Numbered from the stretch's first letter, positions 8,062 through 17,066 are shown. The stretch: 32,000 nt of DNA from Halalkalibacterium halodurans (GCF_004376175.1 NZ_SNUY01000033.1:1-32000); one strand, 5' to 3'. The notes: generated by a model not told the origin, from the letters alone. Numbers and translations are program-made.

Positions 8062-10212
8062 CTATGCTTCCCCTTCATAGCCTAGACGGCGGTTCATCTC
8101 ATGAAGCACTTGCTGGGCGCATACAGGAATGATCGTACCTGGTCCGAAAACGGCTGCAGCTCCATGCGCTTTCAAAAAGTCATAATCTTGAGGGGGAATG
8201 ACACCGCCGATGATGACCATAATGTCCTCACGACCGAGCTTTTTCAATTCATCTACCACTTGAGGGAGGAGCGTTTTATGTCCTGCAGCCAGAGAGCTCA
8301 TACCTAGAACATGAACATCGTTTTCAACCGCTTGCAATGCTGCTTCCTCTGGAGTTTGGAATAGCGGACCGATGTCAACGTCAAAGCCCATATCAGCAAA
8401 AGCGGTTGCGATGACCTTTGCCCCGCGATCGTGGCCGTCTTGGCCCATTTTTGCCACCATGATCCGTGGCCTCCGTCCTTCACGTTCATAAAACGTGTCC
8501 GTCATTTCCCTCACACGTGCCATTTCTTCTTTCTCACCAAATTCAGAACGATACACACCGCTAATCGATCGAATCACCGCCTTATGACGACCTACCACCT
8601 TCTCGTACGCCATCGAAATTTCACCTAACGATGCCCGCGCCCGTGCTGCTTCTACCGCGCATGTAAGCAAGTTTTCTTTCCCTGTTTCTGCCGCCTTTGT
8701 GATTCGATTTAACGCCTGCTGTACCCGTTCCTCATCACGCTCTGCTTTTAGCTTTTCTAAGCGGCGAATTTGTGCTTCCCGAACCGCTGTATTGTCAATG
8801 TCGAGAATGTCAAGGGGTTCTTCTGTATCTGGGCGATATTTATTCACACCGATGATCGCTTCTTTCCCTGAGTCAATTTTTGCCTGACGACGCGCTGCCG
8901 CTTCCTCAATTCTCATTTTCGGCAATCCTGTATCGATTGCTTTCGCCATTCCGCCAAGCTCCTCGATTTCCTCGATATTGGCCCATGCTTTTTGCAGCAA
9001 CTCGGCTGTCAGCGACTCGACGTAATACGAACCGCCCCACGGATCAAGGACGTTCGTAATTCCCGTTTCATCCTGCAAATACAGTTGCGTGTTACGAGCG
9101 ATCCGGGCGGAAAAATCGGTCGGTAAGGCGATGGCTTCATCCAGTGCATTTGTATGAAGAGACTGGGTATGACCGAGCGCTGCCGCAAGGGCCTCGACAC
9201 ATGTGCGGACGACATTGTTGTACGGATCTTGTTCAGTGAGCGACCAGCCTGACGTTTGCGAATGGGTTCTTAAGGCGAGTGACTTTGGATTTTTCGGGTT
9301 AAACCGTTTCATGAGCTTTGCCCAAATGAGCCGAGCGGCCCGCATTTTCGCTACTTCCATAAAATGATTCATACCAATCGCCCAGAAAAAGGACAGCCTT
9401 GGTGCGAACGCATCAATATCCAATCCCGCCTTCATCCCTGTGCGCACATACTCCAAGCCGTCAGCTAGCGTGTAGGCAAGCTCGAGGTCAGCTGTCGCTC
9501 CGGCCTCCTGCATATGGTAGCCAGAAATGCTGATGCTGTTAAATTTCGGCATATAGTTAGACGTATATTCAAAAATATCGGCAATCACTTTCATGGATGC
9601 TTCTGGTGGATAAATGTACGTGTTGCGCACCATGTACTCTTTTAAAATGTCATTTTGAATCGTTCCCGTCAACTGTTCTTGCTTCACCCCTTGCTCTTCC
9701 GCTGCCACGATGTAAAATGCCATCACCGGCAGAATGGCTCCATTCATCGTCATCGAAACCGACATTTGATCAAGGGGAATACCGTCAAACAAGATTTTCA
9801 TGTCTAAGATGGAGTCAACAGCCACTCCCGCTTTTCCTACATCACCGACCACTCGCGGATGATCAGAATCATAGCCGCGGTGAGTGGCAAGGTCAAAAGC
9901 GATCGAAAGTCCTTTTTGTCCAGCTGCTAAATTCCGTCGGTAAAAGGCGTTTGACTCCTCAGCTGTGGAAAACCCTGCATATTGCCGGATCGTCCATGGG
10001 CGTGTTTTATACATCGTTGGGTAAGGCCCGCGAAAAAAAGGGGGGATACCCGCGACGTAATTAAGGTGTTTCATGCCATGAATGTCTTCTTTTGTATAAA
10101 AGGTTTTGACAGGGATCTGTTCATTTGTTTCAAAGGCTACATTAGCTTCTTTGCTCTTTATAGACAAAGAACTTCGCGGAAATGACATCGTTGCAAAATC
10201 AGGTGTTTGCAT
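8062..10212 (-). CDS. mutB: methylmalonyl-CoA mutase large (catalytic, B12-binding) subunit
   Basis: 716 aa. TIM-barrel substrate domain plus a C-terminal cobalamin domain with the DxHxxG motif ([11 protein letters not shown]). The start overlaps the mutA stop by 14 nt. Confidence 0.96.
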   Translation of the reverse strand: MQTPDFATMSFPRSSLSIKSKEANVAFETNEQIPVKTFYTKEDIHGMKHLNYVAGIPPFFRGPYPTMYKTRPWTIRQYAGFSTAEESNAFYRRNLAAGQKGLSIAFDLATHRGYDSDHPRVVGDVGKAGVAVDSILDMKILFDGIPLDQMSVSMTMNGAILPVMAFYIVAAEEQGVKQEQLTGTIQNDILKEYMVRNTYIYPPEASMKVIADIFEYTSNYMPKFNSISISGYHMQEAGATADLELAYTLADGLEYVRTGMKAGLDIDAFAPRLSFFWAIGMNHFMEVAKMRAARLIWAKLMKRFNPKNPKSLALRTHSQTSGWSLTEQDPYNNVVRTCVEALAAALGHTQSLHTNALDEAIALPTDFSARIARNTQLYLQDETGITNVLDPWGGSYYVESLTAELLQKAWANIEEIEELGGMAKAIDTGLPKMRIEEAAARRQAKIDSGKEAIIGVNKYRPDTEEPLDILDIDNTAVREAQIRRLEKLKAERDEERVQQALNRITKAAETGKENLLTCAVEAARARASLGEISMAYEKVVGRHKAVIRSISGVYRSEFGEKEEMARVREMTDTFYEREGRRPRIMVAKMGQDGHDRGAKVIATAFADMGFDVDIGPLFQTPEEAALQAVENDVHVLGMSSLAAGHKTLLPQVVDELKKLGREDIMVIIGGVIPPQDYDFLKAHGAAAVFGPGTIIPVCAQQVLHEMNRRLGYEGEA

Positions 10213-12250
10213 CGCGGATCACCCCTCTTTTCATCAACACTTCGTTCATAAACTGGAAAACGTTCGTTCGAACATGGATCGTACCATACAATCCTTTTTG
10301 CTCGTATGCTTGTAAAGTTTCACTTGAAAGGTTACCCGCTAGTAAGATCATGGCGTTCGGATGCGCCTCGCGAACGGCTTCAATAAGAGAAGCAGCTAAT
10401 GATTCGTAGTCTTCATCCCGGCCACATAAAACGATCGGGTTCCCCGTTTTTTCTTGCAATTGGCGTAATGCTTCATCGGTTGAGGTAACCCCGGTCGTCG
10501 TGTCCACTTGAAACCCACCAACCTGAAACAGTTCCCGGGCAAAATCAGCTCTAGGCTTGTGGGACGCGAGGGAACCTAGCGTTAATAAAGTCACGCGCGG
10601 ACGGTCACCAGTCCTTTTCACCCATTGCTCGGTCGCCTTTCTTAGAGCTTCATAGCTCATGCTAAGGCGTGTTTCTTTTATAGATGCAATGGTTGGTACC
10701 GCCTCCTTTGTTTGTAGTGCCGTTAGTAGCTTACTAAAAGGGACCCCTTCCTTTACTGCTTGGAGGAGAGACGGATAATTTGATGCTTTTAGATGCTTTT
10801 CTTGCTTTGTCCGAATGGCTTTCCTGTACGGTGCTATTGGTTCTTCTTCCTGTTTTGTCAGTGGCTTTTCATCGATCGCCACATAACGATTCGTCCCGAC
10901 CATCACAGTTTTTCTTACTTCCGCTGCTTGTTCCTGTCTTTGCCTTGATCGTTCTACCCATTGCTGTGGTAAACCTTTCTCTAAGGAGGCAATCATTCCT
11001 CCTTCAGATTCTATCGTTTGAAATAATGACCAAGCGGCTTCACCTAACTTTTCCGTAAGTACTTCTACATACCATGATCCTGCTGCTGGATCTTCCACTT
11101 GGCCGATGTGAGCTTCTTCTTGAAGGATTATGGACGTGTTTCGCGCAATCCGACGCGAGAATGGACTTGGCTTTTGAATCGGTTCATCAAATGGGCTGAC
11201 ATGAAGACTGTCTGCTCCTCCTACAGCGGCGGCAAACGCTTCACCTGTCCCACGTAACATGTTCACATACGGGTCATAGACCGTTTTTGTGTAAAAAGAC
11301 GTCCGCGCATGGAGCCATATGTTTCGCCCTTCTTTCTCAGCACCGAACGCCTCCATAATGTTAGCCCATAGCAAACGTAGAGCACGGAGTTTAGCGATTT
11401 CCTTAAATAGATCAGAGCCGACAGAAACGCTCATGCAGAAGCTTCTACCGATGTCATCAATAGCGATGTCTCGTTCTAGGAGCGCGCGGACGTATTGGAC
11501 ACCTGTTGCGAGAAGGAAGGCAAGCTCTTCAGTCGCAGTAGCCCCACCATTATGATACACATGACTTTGAACAAGGATCGTTTTCAGATCAAGCGCTCGC
11601 TCATTTACCACTTGTACACTATGGGATAGCTCATCAAAAACTGTTCGCCATGAATATGACAAGGAGCCTTTTTTCACCCACTCATGAATCGGATCAGCAC
11701 CAACCACACCATGAAGGGATGTGGGGGCAATCGCAAGTAAGCTAGCAAGAAACGGCGTTTGAACCGCTCCCCCATTTAAATGGATTGGTACGCTGCTGAC
11801 ATCGATTCCTTCTAGCGCTGTCTCCATATCCTCATGGTTGTATAAGAGGAGTCCTGTTCGTCCTGTCTCTCCTTTTTGATCCACGGGCGATAAACCATCC
11901 CGCACCGTTTGGTCAATAACCATATGAAGAGCGGTCTGTCCTCTTGCTAGATCGTTTTTAGCTGTACGGTTAAACGATTCTGGTGTCCCTTGATTGAGTT
12001 CTTGGCTGACGAGCCATTTCCCGTTTTTTCGTTTGACTGGATGAACATGGCGCTCATTTATATGAAGATCATCAACATCACGCTGCTGATACATCGGTTC
12101 AAGGGTGAGCCCCTCTAACGTTTTCGTCAACAGCTTTTGATCAAAGGCCGCTCCCTTCAACGATGCCTCAGCTACCTTGCGCCATTCATCGTACGTAGGG
12201 ATCGGAAACTCTGCAAAAAGATCTAAATCTACTTGCTTTGTCATATTCAT
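10199..12250 (-). CDS. mutA: methylmalonyl-CoA mutase small (beta) subunit
   Basis: 683 aa, paralogous in layout to MutB but without the DxHxxG His ligand motif. Translationally overlapped with mutB. Confidence 0.88.
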   Translation of the reverse strand: MNMTKQVDLDLFAEFPIPTYDEWRKVAEASLKGAAFDQKLLTKTLEGLTLEPMYQQRDVDDLHINERHVHPVKRKNGKWLVSQELNQGTPESFNRTAKNDLARGQTALHMVIDQTVRDGLSPVDQKGETGRTGLLLYNHEDMETALEGIDVSSVPIHLNGGAVQTPFLASLLAIAPTSLHGVVGADPIHEWVKKGSLSYSWRTVFDELSHSVQVVNERALDLKTILVQSHVYHNGGATATEELAFLLATGVQYVRALLERDIAIDDIGRSFCMSVSVGSDLFKEIAKLRALRLLWANIMEAFGAEKEGRNIWLHARTSFYTKTVYDPYVNMLRGTGEAFAAAVGGADSLHVSPFDEPIQKPSPFSRRIARNTSIILQEEAHIGQVEDPAAGSWYVEVLTEKLGEAAWSLFQTIESEGGMIASLEKGLPQQWVERSRQRQEQAAEVRKTVMVGTNRYVAIDEKPLTKQEEEPIAPYRKAIRTKQEKHLKASNYPSLLQAVKEGVPFSKLLTALQTKEAVPTIASIKETRLSMSYEALRKATEQWVKRTGDRPRVTLLTLGSLASHKPRADFARELFQVGGFQVDTTTGVTSTDEALRQLQEKTGNPIVLCGRDEDYESLAASLIEAVREAHPNAMILLAGNLSSETLQAYEQKGLYGTIHVRTNVFQFMNEVLMKRGVIRDANT

Positions 12251-12296
12251 TGCGGCCGCAGGGCCGCTTCCCTCCTTCCCAATTCCGGCCCACTCA

Positions 12297-13847
12297 CTAT
12301 AAAGGAATGTTGCCGTGCTTTTTCTTTGGAAGAGTTTTCTTTTTATTTTTTAACATCGCAAGGGCACTCACTAGGCTTTTTCGTGTATCTCGTGGGTCAA
12401 TCACATCATCAATCATTCCATTGGCAGCCGCTACATATGGATTAGCAAACCGCTCGCGATACTCTGAAATTTTCGCTTGCCGAGTGGCTTCAGGGTTGGC
12501 ACTTTCTTTTATCTCTTTAGCAAAAATAATATTGGCCGCCCCTTCCGGTCCCATAACAGCTAGCTCTGCATTCGGCCATGCGAAGACTAAATCGGCTCCA
12601 ATCGCTTTACTATTTAATGCGACGTACGCTCCGCCATATGCCTTCCGCAAAATCACGGTTATTTTCGGCACCGTTGCTTCAGAATAGGCGTACAAAATCT
12701 TTGCTCCGTGGCGAATAATTCCCCCATGCTCCTGCTGAACACCAGGTATGAATCCGCTTACATCCTCAAATGTAATGAGGGGAATATTAAAACAGTCACA
12801 GAAGCGGATAAACCTTGCGCATTTGTCTGATGAATTAATGTCTAAACCACCCGCCATCATTTTCGGATTGTTGGCAATGATTCCGACCGTATCCCCGTTG
12901 ATTCGAGCGAAACCAACGACAATGTTTCGGGCAAACTGAGGCTGGACCTCAAGGAACTGTTCATCATCCACTACTTTTTCAATGACGTGGCGCACATCAT
13001 ATACTTTCGTTCCGTCAACAGGGACAATGTCAAGCAATTCCTGCACCCGTTCGTCGAGGGGAACAAAATGCTTCGCTCGTTGATGTGGGGGCTTTTCTTC
13101 AAAACTCGAAGGCAAATAGGAAAGGAGATTCCGCACCTGTTGTAAAACCTCCTCTTCAGAAGCGGCAGTGAAATGGGCGTTTCCGCTTATTGTGGAATGA
13201 ACCTTGGCCCCGCCTAAATCTTCGCTGTTTATTTTTGCCCCTGTCACGCTTTCAATCACCTTCGGGCCTGTGATAAACATTTGACTCGTTTTTTCGACCA
13301 TGAACACAAAATCAGTGATTGCTGGAGAATAGACAGCCCCCCCAGCACATGGACCTAAAATCACTGAAATTTGCGGGATGACACCTGAATAAATCGAATT
13401 CCGATAAAAAATTTCCCCATATCCATCAAGGGAGCGAACACCTTCTTGAATTCGTGCCCCTCCCGAATCATTTAGACCAATAATCGGGGCCCCATTTTCC
13501 GCGGCAAGGTCCATCACCTTTGTGATTTTCCTCGCGTGCATTTCCCCTAACGCGCCCCCAAAAACCGTAAAGTCTTGAGCGAAAAGAAACACGAGTCGCC
13601 CATCGACTTTTCCATATCCGGTAACAACGCCTTCGCCAGGGGCTTCAGCCGTTCCAAAATCCAAGCCACGATGCTCGATAAATGGATTTAATTCGACAAA
13701 CGTTCCTTCATCAAGGAGCAAGTCGATTCGTTCACGTGCCGTCAGCTTTCCTCGGTCATGTTGGGCATCGATCCGCTTTGATCCACCCCCGAGCTTCACT
13801 TTATCGCGACGTTCTTCCATTTCATGAATCCGATCAAACATATCCAT
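12297..13847 (-). CDS. pccB: propionyl-CoA carboxylase beta chain / acyl-CoA carboxyltransferase subunit
   Basis: Two-lobed carboxyltransferase sequence (GGSKRIDAQHDRGKLTARERI..., ...GGAYVAL...). The start chosen is the ATG at 13847, with AGGAG 8 nt upstream. It lies one nt after the TetR stop. Confidence 0.92.
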   Translation of the reverse strand: MDMFDRIHEMEERRDKVKLGGGSKRIDAQHDRGKLTARERIDLLLDEGTFVELNPFIEHRGLDFGTAEAPGEGVVTGYGKVDGRLVFLFAQDFTVFGGALGEMHARKITKVMDLAAENGAPIIGLNDSGGARIQEGVRSLDGYGEIFYRNSIYSGVIPQISVILGPCAGGAVYSPAITDFVFMVEKTSQMFITGPKVIESVTGAKINSEDLGGAKVHSTISGNAHFTAASEEEVLQQVRNLLSYLPSSFEEKPPHQRAKHFVPLDERVQELLDIVPVDGTKVYDVRHVIEKVVDDEQFLEVQPQFARNIVVGFARINGDTVGIIANNPKMMAGGLDINSSDKCARFIRFCDCFNIPLITFEDVSGFIPGVQQEHGGIIRHGAKILYAYSEATVPKITVILRKAYGGAYVALNSKAIGADLVFAWPNAELAVMGPEGAANIIFAKEIKESANPEATRQAKISEYRERFANPYVAAANGMIDDVIDPRDTRKSLVSALAMLKNKKKTLPKKKHGNIPL

Positions 13848-13848
13848 T

Positions 13849-14508
13849 TTACACACTCCTTTCACCCGTCCTTAAACCATGCTGAAGAAACAGCGATTGA
13901 TAATCAGGACGAGTCAATGCTTCTTGCGTCAACACTGCGTGCAATACTAAATCAGCATAAATGTCTGCAATCTCGGCCACAGAGTACTTTCCGGATGTTT
14001 TATACCATTTATATGTCCAGTTGATCATCCCAAAAATAGCCATGGATGTAATCGGGACAGGAATTTCTTCTCGGAACTCACCAGCGTCAATCCCTTCCTT
14101 GACTAAGCGAAACATTAATTGTTTATATTGATCACGTTTCTTTTTAATATCCTTAAAGTAATCTGAACTTAAATATAATGACTCCTGATAAAATACAGTT
14201 ACATGGGGACGATAAAAATCAAACATCATGACAAACGAACGGACCGTAGCATGGAGACGTTCTGCTGGTGTTTCATACTTTTCATACGCTTCTCTCGCTT
14301 TTTCGAGCACATACGTAATGAACGAATCATGAATGGTGTACAATAGCTCATCCTTTGATTTAAAATTATGATAAAATCCTCCCTTCGACGTCCCACTTTC
14401 TTGCACGATTCGATCTACCGTTACGGCGTGAAACCCATGTTCCTCAAAAAGAAGGAGGGCCGTTTCGATAATTCGCTCCTTTGTTGATCTTTTCAATATA
14501 CGTTCCAC
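13849..14508 (-). CDS. TetR/AcrR family transcriptional regulator, first gene of the pccB-mutAB-meaB operon
   Basis: N-terminal TetR HTH (TKERIIETALLLFEEHGFHAVTVDRIVQESGTSKGGFYHNFKSKDELL). GTG start behind GGAGAAGG. Confidence 0.9.
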   Translation of the reverse strand: MERILKRSTKERIIETALLLFEEHGFHAVTVDRIVQESGTSKGGFYHNFKSKDELLYTIHDSFITYVLEKAREAYEKYETPAERLHATVRSFVMMFDFYRPHVTVFYQESLYLSSDYFKDIKKKRDQYKQLMFRLVKEGIDAGEFREEIPVPITSMAIFGMINWTYKWYKTSGKYSVAEIADIYADLVLHAVLTQEALTRPDYQSLFLQHGLRTGERSV

Positions 14509-14523
14509 CCTTCTCCTCGATCA

Positions 14524-14539
14524 GACCGACTAGTCAGTC
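14524..14539. promoter_or_regulatory. candidate TetR operator (16-bp imperfect palindrome)
   Basis: GACCGACTAGTCAGTC is palindromic at 14 of 16 positions around a central CTAG. It lies between the -10 box and the Shine-Dalgarno site of the tetR operon. Confidence 0.5.
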
Positions 14540-14559
14540 CTTTGTTTGTATCCGCTTTC

Positions 14560-14588
14560 ATTTTATGAAACGTTCGCATCATTGTCAA
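14560..14588 (-). promoter_or_regulatory. sigma-A promoter of the tetR-pccB-mutAB-meaB operon
   Basis: The minus strand reads TTGACA, a 17-nt spacer, then TAAAAT (-35 at 14583-14588, -10 at 14560-14565). Confidence 0.65.
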
Positions 14589-14747
14589 TGAATTCTGATG
14601 ACAATCTCACTTAATCTACTTCTCCCGCGAAAAAAAGAACGATGGAATGGATTATCTCTCTATTATTTGGACATGCTAAAATTAATAGTAAAAGAGCTTG
14701 CACCCTTTGGCCAAAAGCTCATATTTTATCAAAGAGAGGTTGTAAAG

Positions 14748-14933
14748 GTGGGGGTCGTGGTGAAGTTTGAGAAAGCTAAAATGCAATCGTTGCTAGAGCA
14801 TGACCGCTTTCTACGTGAAACGTACATTGATGCGATTCAAGTAATGGACGAAGAAGAAGCGTTGCGTTTGCTTTATGATGTGATGATCTTAAAGGAACCG
14901 CTTCAACAAAATGCTTACTTGCATTTAACTTAA
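14748..14933 (+). CDS. small hypothetical protein (~61 aa), start uncertain
   Basis: This is the 3-prime part of ORF 14598-14933. The GTG at 14748 has an AGAGAGG Shine-Dalgarno 8 nt upstream. The ATG at 14598 has none and lies next to the divergent tetR promoter. I recognise no family. Confidence 0.4.
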   Translation: MGVVVKFEKAKMQSLLEHDRFLRETYIDAIQVMDEEEALRLLYDVMILKEPLQQNAYLHLT

Positions 14934-14968
14934 TCATTAAAGTGCTTTGGAATAGCCATTAAAAGAAA

Positions 14969-14993
14969 TGCCCACCCGCCGAAAGGGTGAGCA
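14969..14993. terminator. bidirectional terminator shared by two convergent small genes
   Basis: TGCCCACCC / GGGTGAGCA stem (8 of 9 pairs) with a 7-nt loop. It is flanked by an A-run upstream and a T-run downstream. Confidence 0.6.
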
Positions 14994-15001
14994 TTCTTTT
15001 G

Positions 15002-15295
15002 TTAAAAAAAGAGTAATTGGAGTTTATGCCCTTGCTCTTCAACTGTTTTTCCGTTTTTATACTCGTCTATAAATACTTGACGCTTGTTCGTAAGTGACAT
15101 AAATGCGTCTTGATCCCGTTTTTCTAGCGCCTGATCGATCGCTTCGTCAATTTCCTTTTTTCGATATGCAAAGATCGCATATTCTAAAATGGCTTGAGCG
15201 TACAACGATTGTAAAACGGACTCAGGACGCTTTTCGACTCTCAACTTTCGCAATTGACGTAGTGCCTGCCGCTCCATCGCAAAATGTTGGCTCAT
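15002..15295 (-). CDS. IDEAL-domain protein (YpiB/UPF0302-like C-terminal motif)
   Basis: Contains EIDEAIDQALEKRDQDAFMSLT, the signature that gives the IDEAL domain its name. The start chosen is the ATG at 15295, with AAAGGGG 9 nt upstream. The ORF is open up to a TTG at 15361 that has no Shine-Dalgarno. Confidence 0.6.
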   Translation of the reverse strand: MSQHFAMERQALRQLRKLRVEKRPESVLQSLYAQAILEYAIFAYRKKEIDEAIDQALEKRDQDAFMSLTNKRQVFIDEYKNGKTVEEQGHKLQLLFF

Positions 15296-15585
15296 CGTCC
15301 GCATCCCCTTTCTTATTAAATTTCCATTCTCCGATTGTTGCCGGTCATAGCGTTCATTCAACCAGATGAGTGCTAATTCTCTGGTTTACCTCTCTATTCC
15401 CCGTATAACTTAATCGAAAACCTTTTCATTCTTTCTTTTTTTCGGAAATTTAGTATCAATTGCGAGCACTTTTTATGCTCGTGACAGTAGGAGATGCTAA
15501 CTATGATCAATCATCATCTGCAAAAAGTTGCGTGAGGAACCGTACTATTTTAGTGAAAATTCATTACTAATCAATTTATCCTCTT

Positions 15586-16359
15586 TTAGGATGACTTTTC
15601 CTGCTGGGCTGCCTGTTCTCGCAATTGCGCTGCCCGCACTTCCCGCTGCTCTGTGTTCATTTTCGGACAGGAGTAACAATAGTTTCCTTCTTCCTTTAAA
15701 TAGCTTAAACAACAGGCAGGTTTGATTCGAACATGTTCGTTCGGGTCCGCCCAACTGCTGACATAACGAAACTTTACATCGAACGGATTCCGTTTTAAGC
15801 CAAATGCGTCTCCACTTAACTGCTTTAAAACCTCACCATCTGTCCGGATTCGCAGTTGGGTCGTTTGATCAGTTTCTTTTTTTAACCACGCACTTTGCTG
15901 TTGATAAAGGGGAAATGCTAGTAAACCGAAGGCATGGGTTTTCGGCAAATCAGCTACTTCTGCTATATTTTCAATGATCGGGGCGATTCGTTTAGCAAGT
16001 GCGGTAAAATATGAAGAAATGCTATTCGGTGCTAATGGTTCTAGTCTGGCTCGCCTGAGCTCAAAGCCTACTTCCTTGCCTTTAGAAAAAAACGCCAGTT
16101 CATCAAACAGAAGCCACTGGTTCTTAACAGACGCTAAATAGTAGTGGGCAGCAAATAGGAGGGAGAAGGGCTTGATCATGCTTGCGCCTCCCACTTTTAA
16201 CTCTTTCCCTTTCAAAATCCCATTCCGCCATACCACCATTTTCCGTGCGCCTTCCTTACCAACAAGTCCTGTTTCTGTGATCATTAGATCTACCTTTTCC
16301 ACAGGAAATGTATGGATGAAAAACATTTCCTTTAACTGGTGCTGAATCTTTTCATCCAT
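15586..16359 (-). CDS. FhuF/FchR-type ferric-siderophore-reductase-like [2Fe-2S] protein
   Basis: The C-terminus ACCLSYLKEEGNYCYSCPK is an exact C-C-x10-C-x2-C cluster motif of the FhuF family. The ~257-aa length is typical. The start ATG at 16359 (or TTG at 16365) abuts the stop of the upstream 73-aa ORF. Confidence 0.72.
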   Translation of the reverse strand: MDEKIQHQLKEMFFIHTFPVEKVDLMITETGLVGKEGARKMVVWRNGILKGKELKVGGASMIKPFSLLFAAHYYLASVKNQWLLFDELAFFSKGKEVGFELRRARLEPLAPNSISSYFTALAKRIAPIIENIAEVADLPKTHAFGLLAFPLYQQQSAWLKKETDQTTQLRIRTDGEVLKQLSGDAFGLKRNPFDVKFRYVSSWADPNEHVRIKPACCLSYLKEEGNYCYSCPKMNTEQREVRAAQLREQAAQQEKSS

Positions 16360-16365
16360 CGACAA

Positions 16366-16587
16366 TCACCCACCTTTTTTCATTCCATCTGTCCGTTTAA
16401 TAGACTGAATTTCTGTAAGAGCTAGATGATGTACACTTTTACCATCATCATCGTAGACAAGACATGCCCTTTTTTTTGAATCATAATGTAATATTCGGCC
16501 GATGACTTTTTGGTCACCTTCGAGCAAGGAGATGACAACAAGCTGATTTTCGTCAATCCAACGCTGTATAATTTCTAATTGTCTCAT
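16366..16587 (-). CDS. small protein resembling the C-terminal half of YolD-like proteins (tentative)
   Basis: 73 aa. The pattern ...VVISLLEGDQKVIGRILHYDSKKRACLVYDDDGKSVHHLALTEIQSI resembles the conserved C-terminal half of YolD-like proteins. The N-terminal W..LPEH part is absent. Homology is unverified. Confidence 0.45.
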   Translation of the reverse strand: MRQLEIIQRWIDENQLVVISLLEGDQKVIGRILHYDSKKRACLVYDDDGKSVHHLALTEIQSIKRTDGMKKGG

Positions 16588-16632
16588 CTTGACCTATCGC
16601 TCCGATCTTTCTTCTTGTTTTTTAAATGGTAC

Positions 16633-16661
16633 TTGTCATTGTAGCAGAAAAGGGGTACAAT
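16633..16661 (+). promoter_or_regulatory. sigma-A promoter for the 119-aa gene
   Basis: TTGTCA (16633-16638), a 17-nt spacer, then TACAAT (16656-16661). Confidence 0.65.
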
Positions 16662-16667
16662 AAACAA
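16638..16667 (-). promoter_or_regulatory. candidate sigma-A promoter for the YolD-like/FhuF-like operon
   Basis: The minus strand reads TTGTTT (16662-16667), an 18-nt spacer, then TACAAT (16638-16643). Each box overlaps a box of the opposite promoter. Confidence 0.45.
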
Positions 16668-16681
16668 CGAACACATGTTCC
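16668..16681. promoter_or_regulatory. LexA (DinR) SOS box / Cheo box
   Basis: CGAACACATGTTCC against the Bacillus consensus CGAAC-N4-GTTCG. Only the last base differs. It lies 6 nt downstream of the plus-strand -10 and abuts the minus-strand -35. Confidence 0.65.
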
Positions 16682-16706
16682 TATTTTGATTTTGGAGGTG
16701 ACTGGC

Positions 16707-17066
16707 ATGTTAAATGAAGTACAGCGAAACCTTGTGCAACGCTATATTATTTTAACACTAGTTCGCCAAGCACTAGAGAAAGATTTTAACACGTTACAGG
16801 CTTCCTCGCTCATCTGTCAGGAGTTGCTTCATTCGTTTCTAACGGAACGTATGCATGAAGTAGGTCGAGAAATCGGGGCTCTCCAGCGTGATTTACGTAA
16901 ACAGAAATTAACGATCAAAAAAGAAAAGAACGACGGATTTTTCACAAAATACAGTTACTACTTTAAAGGATATGAAGGGACTTTCTCATTGTTGAATGCC
17001 AGATTAAAACACGACACTCTCACCTATATGAAGCGACACCTTTTTAAACTGGAGACTAAACAGTAG
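16707..17066 (+). CDS. hypothetical 119-aa protein, probable SOS-regulated gene
   Basis: ATG at 16707 preceded by TGGAGGTGA. The upstream part of ORF 16626-17066 is occupied by the promoter and the LexA box. Predicted to be helical. I cannot confirm any family. Confidence 0.65.
   Translation: MLNEVQRNLVQRYIILTLVRQALEKDFNTLQASSLICQELLHSFLTERMHEVGREIGALQRDLRKQKLTIKKEKNDGFFTKYSYYFKGYEGTFSLLNARLKHDTLTYMKRHLFKLETKQ

Noticed and set aside
10033-10045. An A7G6 homopolymer pair inside mutB (it encodes PPFF on the minus strand), considered as a possible slippage or phase-variation site.
   Set aside because: The reading frame is intact and the encoded [11 protein letters not shown] segment is a conserved mutase motif. 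There is no evidence of variation from a single sequence.
9597-10064. Long antisense ORFs inside well-supported genes (9597-10064 in mutB, 12238-12687 in pccB, 21002-21448 in cheA, 1738-2121 in the kinase, and others in the track).
   Set aside because: They have no Shine-Dalgarno sites, their composition is low-complexity or Ser/Thr/Cys-rich, and each is fully shadowed by a gene with clear family motifs on the other strand. These are typical shadow ORFs.
14598-14747. The N-terminal 50 codons of ORF 14598-14933.
   Set aside because: The ATG at 14598 has no Shine-Dalgarno site, the segment lies next to the divergent tetR promoter, and its composition is hydrophobic and odd. The internal GTG at 14748 has a proper ribosome binding site.
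15503-15535. A ten-codon mini-ORF (MINHHLQKVA) with an AGGAG Shine-Dalgarno in the gap between the FhuF-like and IDEAL genes.
   Set aside because: It is too short to assess, I see no promoter or terminator around it, and it could easily arise by chance in a 224-nt spacer.
15728-15739. A perfect 12-bp palindrome, CGAACATGTTCG, which resembles a LexA box.
   Set aside because: The half-sites are separated by 2 nt instead of the required 4. The sequence also lies inside the FhuF-like coding region, far from any promoter. It is most likely coincidental.
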